From Eledone cirrhosa (taxonomy: Eukaryota): 64,000 bases of DNA. The stretch covers positions 265,484,001 to 265,548,000 of the forward strand of contig OZ024740.1 in the NCBI GenBank assembly GCA_964016885.1, written 5' to 3'. The notes beneath the pieces were generated by a model, which made no database searches, was not told the origin of the DNA, and saw only the letters and a list, made by a program, of their open reading frames with translations. This document shows positions 15,126 through 26,220 of the stretch, piece after piece. The first letter of the stretch is position 1. Each line of letters opens with the position of its first letter. The translations under genes and the position numbers were made by a program.

Positions 15126-15310
15126 CTTCTTCTTCTTCTTCTTCTTCTTCTTCTTCTTCTTCTTCTTCTTCTTCTTCTTCTTCTGGGGTCGCTGCTTTTA
15201 GGTATGCCTTCCTGCGGGTCCTGTCGGAAACAATCGTCTCTAATTGAGTCGCCTGGATACCCCAAGCAAGATCAGTTGAACTCATGGATGTTATTCAATC
15301 ATCTTGCTTG
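15080..15310 (-). mobile_element. RTE (Expander/Rex3-like) LINE 3' end with (GAA)n(CAA)n tail
   Basis: Homologous to 37630-37760 and 25955-26100; simple-repeat tail. Confidence 0.7.
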
Positions 15311-15520
15311 TAAAATCTGCCCAGCTCTTCTTTTCTCAAACATACTAACCACGGATCCGTAGTAGCCTAAATCCCAGACATTTTTATTTATTTCAAAATT
15401 ATTTGAAACATATAAGCAGTGTATTTTATTAGATATATGTTGAGTACAGGGTTAATTCTTTTTCTTCATAACTAGTCATCCACAAACATGAAATATCACC
15501 TTGTATTATGTATATCAGTC

Positions 15521-15990
15521 ATGAGGGTGGTGCATCGGGAGTATCGGTAGAGGGTCGGACGCCATTCTGTGCAACATAAAGTTACGGTCCTTAACGGTCT
15601 GAGTTCAAATCCAGCCGAGGTTAACTTCGTCTTTCATCCTTACGGGCTCGATAAAATAAAACACTAGTAACGTACTGGGGTTGATTGAATCGACTTTTCT
15701 CTCATCCCCCACCCCAAAAAATGGCCTTGTGCCTATACTAGAAACAATTATTTATATTGGTCATGAGGGCGGTGGGTTGGCAGTATCGGTAGAGAGTCGG
15801 ACACTATGGTTTGCAGCTTAGAGTTAAGGCCCTTTATGATCTGAGTTCAAATCCCGCCGAGGTTAACTTTGCCTTTCATCCTTATGGGGTCGATAAAATA
15901 AAGTACCAGTCACGCACTGGGGTCGATTTAATCGACTTTCCCCTGCCCCCAAATTACTGGCCTTGTGCCTATATAAGAAACCATTATTTA
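15521..15990 (+). mobile_element. Two tandem full-length main SINE copies separated by a target-site repeat
   Basis: Copies at about 15523-15751 and 15765-15988; TATAT(C/T)(A/G)GTCAT occurs before, between and after them. Confidence 0.85.
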
Positions 15991-16943
15991 TATCGGTCAT
16001 AGTTATCTCCCCGTAAACAAATATAACCCTTTTCATTCCCACAAATGCGATACAATAAATATTAAGAAATGTACTGGTGTCAACATAGTATAACTAAAAC
16101 CCTTAAAGATGAAACGTTCATATCGAGGTAGTTCTTTCCCTACTGAGATATATTGTACCTACCACCTTTCTGGTGTCGATGAAATAAAGTCGTAATCAGA
16201 TTCTGGCGTTCACCTAACTCCTCCTCACAAAGTGTCTAAATTAGAGGCAATTATTGAATTATGCTTTCTTCATTCACACAAAAATCCATTAGAGTCATTA
16301 TAATCCCAGATTCTATAGTACTAAGTGTATAAGAGATGCTTCTATCAACAGCTAGAACACCACTTTATACATACAACCATTTTACTGATGCTTAGCAGTA
16401 AAGAGAGAAACAAAGTGAGGAAATAGGGCGCAATAAAATGGATCGGTTGTGCAAAAATGCAAATATCATTACAGATTGTAGTTTACGGATAAAAATGAAT
16501 GATTGAATGAAAGTTCATGCATAGAATATTGTTTACATCTGCGAGGAATTGTTTCATTATATTCACATTGCAAGTACAGTCTAAATCTAAACAAAAGAGC
16601 AGCTTGCGTGACATGCCTCTATCCATTTACGAAGAAGAATGGCTATTTTTTCCCTTTACATCTTTCTTCCTTATAGTATTTCAAAACATATTCTTTGTGT
16701 GAGATTTTCTTACTTTTTGAATTTGAAGCAGAAGCAATTCACCTTGGCGTTTTCGACCTTTAATTATATATTAGACTTTTTTTTAAAGAGTATTGTTCAC
16801 ATTTTCTCATTATTTGTTGGTACGAATTAGGCATTCTCTTAAACTATATTATGTTTGATGAAATAATCGCAGTAATTAGCTAAAGAACCAAAAACAACAA
16901 ACCAAGAAGATATAAAAATAAATATATTAGTTCAGATTCTCTT

Positions 16944-16980
<37 letters not shown>

Positions 16981-17010
16981 TGCAGACACAAACACACACA
17001 CGTATGTATA

Positions 17011-17084
<74 letters not shown>

Positions 17085-17424
17085 ATACGTATATGAATAT
17101 ACATCAGTATGTATATATATATATATATGTTTGTTTGTGTGTGGAGGGTGTACTGAGTGGGTTATAATTAACTTACTAGCTAACTGTTAAGACGTTTGAA
17201 GAGAAAAGAAACAATAGTGGTATTTAACATTATTTCAGTAGTAATATATAGACAATTCCTGAAAGTTTATATAGTTAAAGTAAATTTGGAAATTATGCTC
17301 GTTTGCAAGCAGTCTATTATTATGTTTCTTTGAAATCAATAAACTAATTACAACCCAACAATCAATCTATCTATCTATTTATATATCTATCTATCTCACA
17401 CTGTCACCCACTCCCCCTCTCTCT

Positions 17425-17492
<68 letters not shown>

Positions 17493-17594
17493 TATATACA
17501 TATAAATGTATACATGTATATACACGCACACACATACACACACACACACATATATATATATGTGTATATATATATACATATATATATATGTATG

Positions 17595-17629
<35 letters not shown>

Positions 17630-17634
<5 letters not shown>

Positions 17635-18229
17635 TATGTACACGTACATACTTATATGTATACAGACGTACAGTAGTATGTATATATATATACATGCACA
17701 CATATATATAAGTACGTATGGATTCACCGAACATTTATTATAATGCTCGGTGTGTTTGTAAACAAATATCCCGTATTTAGCCGTAGTGTCCAGCAACCAT
17801 GGTTGTTCCGTTTATCGTTTTCGGTGCACCCGGCCGATTAACCCACTCGATATGCAAATTGGGCTACTCAGCCGTTAATATGCATAAGGTAAGTATATAC
17901 GTTCAACAATCTGGCAGGAATGTATACGTTGCTGACGATAGCTAATAAGCTTGAAACTAGTACAGCGTTCCTTTGTTAGTGTTGAACAAACGAGCAACGA
18001 TGGTTGCTGGACACTACGGCTTAATACGGGATGTTTGTTTACAAACACACCGAGCATTATAATAAATGTTCGGTGAATCCATACGTACATATATATATGT
18101 GTGCATGTATGTATATATATATACATGCTACTGTACGTCTGTATACAGATATGTATGTACGTGTACATACTTATATTTAAGTAACAGCCGTACTAAGAGT
18201 GGGAAATGAAATTTCGTTTCATTTTTTCC

Positions 18230-18234
<5 letters not shown>
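17630..18234 (+). mobile_element. Non-coding hammerhead retroelement (retrozyme/PLE-derived): ~430-nt monomer plus inverted 5' segment
   Basis: 17630-17801 is the reverse complement of 17999-18175; the monomer starts and ends with TTCCGTTTAT; same family at 42260-42881. Confidence 0.8.
17926..17968 (+). ncRNA. Canonical minimal type I hammerhead ribozyme
   Basis: ACGTTG-CTGACGA-T-AGCT-AATA-AGCT-T-GAAA-CTAG-TA-CAGCGT. Helix I 6 bp, helix II 4 bp, palindromic helix III; GUA cleavage after 17962. Confidence 0.85.
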
Positions 18235-18266
<32 letters not shown>

Positions 18267-18272
<6 letters not shown>

Positions 18273-19470
18273 TAACAGATTAAAGTTTAAGCAATGAATC
18301 GCTGCTTTCCCCCTTAACGGGATCTTCTGAAACTAAAAAAATAAATCTGTGAACACAAAAGTAAATATTTAGAAAGACGTTGCAACCGAAGGAAGACAGG
18401 AAGACGATACTTTGGTTCGTGGAAACGTTCCATGGCAAAGAACGAAAAGAAAAAAATGTCATTATTTGGAGTGGTAAAACCATTACACGCAAAACAAAAC
18501 CACGTCCATGGTATAAATGAAGTCGAAGACTAATATTCTATTAGGGAGTTCGTGGAGACATTCCCTGGCAATGAACGGAAAAAAACGAAGATAATACGTC
18601 ATTATGTGGAGCGGCGAACAATTACACGAAAGACAAAATCACGTATATGGTATAACTGAAGTCGTAGACTAAAATTCTATTTGGGAAACCGAATGATTCT
18701 CTGCTGCAGAGTTAAAAATAATGTAAATAAATTACAGAGGTTATTGAAATCAACAATAATTAAATATATAGATGCACGCATCCATATACTAACATACACA
18801 TGCATACGCGGAAACACCCACCATGGGTATGCAAATACAGGCACGTACACAAAACCACGCGCGCACATACAAAAACCCACACAACGCCTGTACCCGCACA
18901 CATACGAACGTATACACCAAATACACATAAAACATATATAAATATATATACATGCGTGTGTGTGTGTGCGCGCGCGCGCGTATACATATAATTAGTCTAC
19001 GACTTCAGTTATACCATAAACGTGGTTTTGTCTTTCGTGTAATTGTACTCATCGATCCACATAATGACGTATTATCTTCGTTTTTTCCGTTCATTGCCAG
19101 GGAACGTCTCCACGAACTCCCTAATAGAATATTGGTATACGACTTCATATATACCATGAACGTGGTTTTGTCTTTGCGTGTAATTGTTTTACCGTTCCAA
19201 ATAATGACGTTTTTTTTCTTTTTCGTTCTTTGCCAGGGAACGTTTCCACGAACCAAAGTATCGTTTTCTGTCTTCCTTCGGTTGCAACGTTTTTGGAAAT
19301 ATTCACTTCTGCGTTCACAGATTGATTTTTTTTAGTTTCAGAAGATCCCCTTAAGTGTGAAAGCAGCGATTCTTTGCTTAAACTTTAATTTGTTATTTTA
19401 ATAAATATTTGCTCTACGGTTCTTATATATTTGATATATATTTATGCTTATCTTCAAATTTATGATTATT
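18267..19470. repeat. ~400-bp inverted repeat with internal ~135-bp tandem subrepeats (PLE-like architecture)
   Basis: 18267-18673 is the reverse complement of 18992-19402; its 3' extension (GCTCTACGGTTCTTATATATTTGATATATATTTAT) recurs at 10213-10300. Confidence 0.8.
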
Positions 19471-19483
19471 ACTATAGATATAT

Positions 19484-19691
19484 ATAGAATAGAAAACGAA
19501 ATAACGAAAAATCAATGATGCATCTGAACTCAATTTATTGTGTGTTACAATTGTTTCCTCGGCGGACAGCTTGAGACGCCATCATTGTGTGTATCTGTCT
19601 GATTCTGGACCCGCAGTTTCGACAGACACGTCTAATGATTTCGGAGTATATTCTCTCAGATGCATCACTGATTTTTCGTTTTCTATTCTAT
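19484..19691. repeat. Short inverted-repeat element with decayed hammerhead-like motif on the minus strand
   Basis: ATAGAATAGAAAACGAAA...ATCAATGATGCATCTGA versus TCAGATGCATCACTGATTTTTCGTTTTCTATTCTAT; internal ATGATGG...GAAACAATTGTA on the reverse strand. Confidence 0.55.
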
Positions 19692-19820
19692 CATACTCTG
19701 CTCTGTAAGAGCATAGAGTACCACTGGAATACCGCCTATAGAAGCATCTTAGCTACCATCAGACACGCGCACACACATACACACACACATACACACACCA
19801 TATATATACATATATATATA

Positions 19821-20938
19821 TTATGAAGAGAGAAGAAACATTTAGATATAATTAGTAATAAAATGTATCATACCTAAACTGCTCCTAGATTCCTCGACTA
19901 CGTAGTTTCGTGGCATAAACAAAAACAATACATCATAAAGATATAGAGTCCTTGCGAGGTCTGCCGACTTATGAAGAGGATACCTCATTTTACTAGTCTC
20001 AAGAATGCGTCTACACGACGCGAGAAAGAATCCCAAAAGGCGGAGGGGGAGACAGTCACGCGATAGAACGGTCGGGAAACAGAGCTAAGCCTCTTATAAC
20101 CCCGAAGAAAATACCACGGAGGCGGAGGGGGTATTTATATCGAAGCCGTAGAAGAGGTGGTGAAGGAGGCGAGAAGTATGAGTAATGGAAGCTTTCCAGC
20201 AGTCCCCACACTTCAAAGATTGCTCGACCAGAGGGAGTTATTAACAATATATTTAGAAACACACAGATACATGCGGACACACACATATACATGAATGCAT
20301 CCGCACCCAACCGTGAGTTAAGGGTGCCAACTTCACCGATGTTGCTCAATGAATGACTGGGACAGACCAATCCGGTTGAACTAGACTGAACCAGTATCAG
20401 AGTTAAAAGTACATTATGAAGGGAGAAGAAACATTTAGATATAATTAGTAATAAAATGTATCATACCTAAACTGCTCCTAGATTCCTCGACTACGTAGTT
20501 TCGTGGCATAAACAAAAACAATACATCATAAAGATATAGAGTCCTTGCGAGGTCTGCCGACTTATCAAGAGGATACCTCATTTTACTAGTCTCAAGAACG
20601 CGTCTACACGACGCGAGAAAGAATCCCAAAAGGCGGAGGGGGAGACAGTCACGCGATATAACGGTCGAGAAACAGAGCTAAGCCTCTTATAACCCCGAAG
20701 AAAATACCACGGAGGCGGAGGGGGTATTTATATCGAAGCCGTAGAAGAGGTGGTGAAGGAGGCGAGAAGTATGAGTAATGGAAGCTTTCCAGCAGACCCC
20801 ACATTTCCAAGATTGCTCTTCATAATGTATTTTTAACTCTGATACTGGTTCAGTCTAGTTCAACCGGATTGGTCTGTCCCAGTCATTCATTGAGCAACAT
20901 CGGTGAAGTTGGCACCCTTAACTCACGGTTGGGTGCGG

Positions 20939-20940
<2 letters not shown>
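19821..20940 (-). mobile_element. Non-coding hammerhead retroelement: 593-bp unit x about 1.7, plus inverted terminal segment
   Basis: 19821 repeats at 20414; 20819-20940 is the reverse complement of 20297-20420; flanked by (TA)n. Confidence 0.8.
20484..20573 (-). ncRNA. Type I hammerhead with U3-A8 core and large helix II loop
   Basis: Reverse strand: TCCTC-TTGATAA-GT(C)GGCA-long loop-TGCCAC-GAAA-CTACGTAG-TC-GAGGA; GUC triplet. The sister copy at 19891-19980 has the mutated core TTCATAA. Confidence 0.65.
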
Positions 20941-20976
<36 letters not shown>

Positions 20977-20978
<2 letters not shown>

Positions 20979-21318
20979 GAGAATGTTGAGGATGGCTCTG
21001 AACATTAATCAGTATACACTGAGGATGAAAAACTCAGAGCTGTATGGGAGCATCCCAAAAGTCAGCTCAAAAGTGACACATAGGAGACTGAGGTTAGCTG
21101 GACATGCTCACCGACATACAGAGTTGACATTGCACTCAGTGCTCCTTTGGGTGCCCCTACATGGACACACTAGAAGAGGAAGACCAAGGTTAACGTATGT
21201 TGATGCCCTAAGGACAGACACTGGTCTGTTGGAGACGCAGGACATGGCAGCGATGATGAAGGACAGAGACCGCTGGATAGAACTCGTCCATGGATCTCGG
21301 GAATTTTACCCGCCTTAG
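20977..21318 (+). pseudogene. RTE-like LINE RT C-terminal fragment (5'-truncated)
   Basis: TRMLRMALNI...RRLRLAGHAHRH...LLWVPLHGHTRRGRPRLTYVD...DRDRW; (TA)n on both sides. Confidence 0.8.
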
Positions 21319-21523
21319 ATATATATATATATATATAATTCTTTTTTTCCATTAACATTAACTTTGATAAATTTAAAAATTATGTTAAGATGGGGTTTTT
21401 CATGCTTAATATATGACTCTCTCCATCCTATTCAAATATGTGGTGCCTTTTCTGATGATGGCAATTATTATATATTGGATTATTCTTTGCTGATTATATT
21501 TACTTAATATTAATTCCTTTGAT

Positions 21524-22040
21524 TGGTTTGATTATTAATTGTTTCTACTTTTGGCACAAGGCCAGCAATTACCCAGTAAATTACTGGTACTTTATTTTAT
21601 CGTCCTCGTAAGAATGAAAGGCAAAGTTAACCTCGACGGGATTTGAACTCAAACCGTAAAGGGACGTAACTATGCTAGAAAGGATCGGACGCCATGCTAG
21701 AAAGCATGGCGTCCGATCCTCTACTGATACTGGTTTGATTAATAATTGTTTCTACTTTTGGAACAAGGCCAGCAATTACCCAGTACATTAGTGGTACTTT
21801 ATTTTATCGACCCCGTAAGGATGAAAGGCAAAGTTAACCGCAGCGGGATTTGAACTCAAATCGTAAAGGGACGTAACTACACTGGAAAGCGTGTCTGACC
21901 CTCTACCAATACTGCCAATTCACTGCCGCTTGGTTTGATTAATAATAATTGTTTCTACTTTAAGCACAAGACCAGCAATTAACCAGTGCATTACTGGTAC
22001 TTTATTTTATCGACCCCGTAAGGTTTGATTAATAATAATA
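21524..22040 (-). mobile_element. Three stacked main SINE copies separated by a repeated target-site sequence
   Basis: (T/A)GGTTTGATT(A)ATAAT-like spacer at 21524, 21731, 21931 and 22021 brackets three minus-strand SINE copies. Confidence 0.85.
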
Positions 22041-22069
22041 TGACTTTAGCGTTAATTTTGCTGACTACA

Positions 22070-22262
22070 CTCAGCGGATTGGCAGTATCGGTAAAGGGTG
22101 AGGCACCATACTTTCCAGCATAGAGATACGTCCCTTTACGGCCTGAGTTCAAACCCCGCCGAGTTTAACTTTGCCTTTCATTCTTACGCGGGCGATAACA
22201 TAAAGTACCAGCAGTGCACTGGAAATTGCTGGCCTTGTGCCAAAAGTAGAAACAATTATTAC
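22070..22262 (+). mobile_element. Main SINE, near full length
   Basis: GGATTGGCAGTATCGGTAAAG...GAGTTCAAACCC...AGAAACAATTATT. Confidence 0.85.
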
Positions 22263-22769
22263 CTTTGAATAATAATAGCTTATCTATATATTTATGACTG
22301 AAAGACGTAGTCGAACTTTGTATTTAAATATATTTTGGAGATGTATTTTTATATTCTTAAATTTATATTGGATCTATGCACCTGCTTTTATAAACTTTTG
22401 TGATGCTTATGATATGTGTTTATTTACTAATTATGATAAATGCCTTGAATTATGCTTAACTTCTTTTTAGCAGCAAATTTCTCTATGCCAGCATGTTTTT
22501 AAGATTGTTAATACCTTTAGTTGTTCATAATTGCATTTATATGCTCATATTTTTCATATGCCTCTTGTATCGTTGCTTTCTGCTCTGATATAAATGTGAA
22601 TATTTATACTTTCTTCCCATATCGTGTATCCTCAAAATGTTCTTTGACAAGTTTATTTGTGTTTTAACATTTCATTTATACCCCGTGAAACAGGCTCTGT
22701 GCTTGGATGAAACGATCGTTAGTAATTAAATATTCTAAAACACCCTTTGATTGTTGTTTATAAAGTATA

Positions 22770-22849
<80 letters not shown>

Positions 22850-23051
22850 GATATATATGAGGTGGACCCAAAGTCTCTTCTTACCTATTTTTATTAATAA
22901 AACATTACAAATTAGCACAAAAGAAAATAATTTTTATCTTTAAATTAAATTTCATAATCTTGTTTTTATTCAACTTTAAAAGAAAAAATGATATATATAT
23001 ATATATATATATAGTGAAAATTTATACGGGAACAAAACAGAGAGGCAGACA

Positions 23052-23137
<86 letters not shown>

Positions 23138-23162
23138 GAGAGAGAGAGACTGAGAAAGAGAA

Positions 23163-23226
23163 AGATAGATAGATAGATATCTTTCTTTATTTGCCACAAG
23201 GGCATACAAAAATGGGACATTACAAG
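23163..23226 (-). mobile_element. Tx1-family extreme 3'-end remnant abutting (GATA)n
   Basis: GATAGATA-TCTTTCTTTATTTGCCACAAGGGCATACAAAAATGGGACATTACAAG aligns with 27380-27430 GATTTCTTTATTTACCATAAAGGCATAAAAAGAAGGGACAAATACAAAG. Confidence 0.65.
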
Positions 23227-23298
23227 ACGTGATGGCGTGAGTCTTACATTAAAATCGTATAAATTTAACATCAATAAATAACAATAAACTATCTTAGC

Positions 23299-24135
23299 TA
23301 TAATAAAGTAAGGAGTGCGGGACTACGTAAGGTTTATTTCTTTTAACGCAGTTAATAAAATAAGTTGGATTACTTTGAATAAATAATGAATTAATATTAC
23401 ATAATTTATGTACTAAATTTCGAAATGTTTTAATATAAATAATTTTCTTGCTTTTTGAAAATTGTCTTCTTTTCAAAGTTTCAAATTTCTACACTACCGG
23501 TATATCGTTGCCGCCACCATCACTTTAACTACGATATATATAGAAAGAGAGAGTGTGTGATGAGAAAGATACAGAAAGATAGAGTGATTATGATTTCCAA
23601 TACGCTGACGCGTATGTGTGTGTATGTGCACGTACATACCATCTATATGTATGACTATATAACTATTATCAGTATATATCTATAATCGTGCAAACACAAA
23701 TTATAAAAAAATACACGCTCACGGACATTCATTCACACAAGTACACATGCTTTCACACATACACATTTATACAAACACACATTCACACATACATTTATAC
23801 AAAAACACACATACAGTCATACAGTCATGATAGCGGCGTTCGATGAATTGGAAATGGGTGGGTTAAACAAGTATAACGTTTTATTTATTTATTAACTCTC
23901 TTTTTTAAACTCATTTGTATAAAAATCTAAACTATAATAAAGTAAGGAGTCCGGGACTGCGTACGGTTTGTAATGTTTTATCCCATTAGTAAAATAAGTA
24001 GGATTACTTTGAATAAAGAATGAATAAATATTACATAATTTATTTACTAAATTTCGTAGCTGTTGATTAAATATATTTTATTGTTTATTTAAAGATTCAC
24101 TTCTTTAAAATGTTCAAATCTCAACACTTCCGGTT
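23299..24135. repeat. Two diverged ~200-bp direct repeats (23299-23505 and 23933-24135)
   Basis: TATAATAAAGTAAGGAGTGCGGGACTACGTAAGGTTT versus TATAATAAAGTAAGGAGTCCGGGACTGCGTACGGTTT, and onward. Confidence 0.75.
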
Positions 24136-24204
24136 AGCGATCGCTTAAATAAACATTCATATATTTCCGTCACTAATTTTCTCCTAATGCAGTTTATATA
24201 TAAT

Positions 24205-24392
24205 TGTTTCTACTTTAGGCACAAGGCCAGTAATTACCCAGTGCATTACTGGTACTTTATTTTATCGACCCCGTAAGGATGAAAGGCAAAGTCAACCTCG
24301 GCGGGATTTGAACTCAGATCGTAAAGGGACGTAACTATGCTGGAAAGCATGGCGTCCGACCCTCTACCGATACTGCCAATCCACCGCCCTAT
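24205..24392 (-). mobile_element. Young full-length main SINE with TSD
   Basis: TSD AGTTTATATATAAT at 24191 and 24393; near-identical to the 33397 copy. Confidence 0.92.
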
Positions 24393-24544
24393 AGTTTATA
24401 TATAATATCATCTTTTTTTTAATGTATCATGGATTACGTTACTGATTACATAAGATAGTGTAACGTAGTCTTCGTTCAATTTCTGTCCATATCGTCAATT
24501 ACGATTTTTTTTATGTATCATATCTACATGCATATATACTTGCG

Positions 24545-24617
24545 TATAATATCAATATGCACATTACACATTACACATGCTAGCAGAAAACCACCTGAAG
24601 GGTGGTTTTTCTGCTAG
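24545..24617 (+). mobile_element. ~70-bp hairpin mini-element ending CTAG|T (Helitron-like terminus); second copy at about 26150-26220
   Basis: AATATGCACA...ATG-CTAGCAGAAAACCACC-TGAAG-GGTGGTTTTTCTGCTAG-T. Confidence 0.45.
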
Positions 24618-24619
24618 TC

Positions 24620-25275
24620 TACTATAATGGTTACAAAACGAAAACACTAACAAATATAATATATACAAAGGAAAGGGAAAGGAAAAAAAGAAAGAGAAAA
24701 AATACACAAGCAGGTAATACACACATCTTAGACCATTAGACCACATAGAGCAAAATGCAGGCGTAAGAGTGGTAAAACAAGTCACTACCAGAGCACAGAT
24801 AACAATATAACGAGGAGCACTGGAAAACCTCTCTAATAATTTTTGAGGCGAGCCCACACGCTCGCAGCGTTACCTGGAGTAATGGCGAGGCTGAGGTGTT
24901 GGAACAACCAAGTACCCTCAGGAGCATCACAAGTTATCTCTGTTTGGCGAGGCGCCAGTGAAGATAAGAACATCGCTGTCAGTAGCCCGACTCCCCCAAA
25001 TGTCTCGAACGCCACAGGCTGGATAATGTAGTTAGCTGACAGAACACGGTATTTTATGATTTTGTTCCGTTCAGCTGCGGATGCTGTAGCTCTCGCCCTT
25101 ACTGCTGCATCCGGAATGTGGGAAGAATCAAAAGAGTCAGTAACTGTGACATCCCAGGTAAGGCACCTGCCTCTTGACCAGGAGCTCAGAGTATGACCGT
25201 CAAGTCTTTCCCCATCAATTCTGGACAACCCAGACGGTTCCAAAATTGAGGGGATGTTTGCCCGGCCCAAAAATC
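24620..25275 (-). mobile_element. CRE-like non-LTR retrotransposon 3' fragment (restriction-like endonuclease domain plus 3' UTR)
   Basis: ORF 24833-25318: LEPSGLSRIDGERLDG...WSRGRCLTWDVTVTD...AERNKIIKY...PVAFETFG...QHLSLAITPGNAASV, the RLE pattern of CRE-clade elements; RPD is altered to RLD. Confidence 0.75.
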
Positions 25276-25459
25276 TTAAGTGGTAATAGGGCAGTGAGTG
25301 TATGTGCGCGTGCATCATTTTGCCGGCGCTCTTAAATTAGAGGCGTGTTTGTTTGTGTGTGTCACTGTTTTTAAGTTAGAGACATATATGTGTGTATCCC
25401 TTTCCTTCCTTTTACACGCACATACATTCACACAAAAACACATACATATCGTGTAATAG

Positions 25460-26110
25460 ACCGGTAGACAGAAGTCCTCAAATTTATATACATGTTAATG
25501 GAGTTCTACTGAAGCAGTTAGAGAATTTCAAGTATCTTGGAGCCGTGTTCATCAGTAATTTGCAAAAGCTGATGCAGTAATGCGCCAGCCTCAGCATTCA
25601 GCAATCAGAAAAAAGTGGTAGGTGTAAAAGCCAAACTCGCTGTCTTCCTGATATTCCTGCCAACTCTTACCGAGGATCATGGATCTTGAGTAATGAGCAA
25701 AAGAATACAATTGCAAATAAAAGCGACAGAAATGGGATTCCTCCGAAGGGTCTTTCGAGTAACGTTACTCGATAAAGTGCATAACTCAGAGACCAGAGAG
25801 TCACTCCTGGTGGAGCCGCTACTTCTCCGAATTGAGAGATCACAACTCCGATACTATGAGCATGTGGTTAGAATGTCTCAGTAAAGAATCTCTGGACACA
25901 TTTTATAGGCAAAACCAACCGACAAGAGACCCAGAGGTAGACCCTGAGCAAGATAGTTGGATAACATCCATGAGCTTGTCTGGTCACGCTTTGGGATCCA
26001 GCTAGATCAGTTAGAGATGTTTGGTTCTGCCAGAGTCACTGGAAGGAGTGTTTGAGAAGGACTCTTCCCCCACGATCCTCTCAGAAATAAGTGGGCGAGG
26101 AAGAAGATAT
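25460..26110 (+). pseudogene. RTE (Expander-like) LINE 3' fragment
   Basis: LKQLENFKYLGAVF...ATEMGFLRRVFRVTLLDKVHN...VEPLLLRIERSQLRYYEHVVRM...RPRGRP, with stops. Confidence 0.8.
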
Positions 26111-26220
26111 TGTCAATTTACTTTTCAATTTACATATATAAATAATACGAATATGTATAATACGAATATGCACACTACATATGCTAGCAGAAAACAGACG
26201 CTGGGCGGTTTTTCTGCTAG

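Noticed and set aside
15011-15362. Poly-E/Q, poly-R/T and poly-V/L ORFs
   Set aside because: The (GAA)n(CAA)n tail of an RTE fragment.
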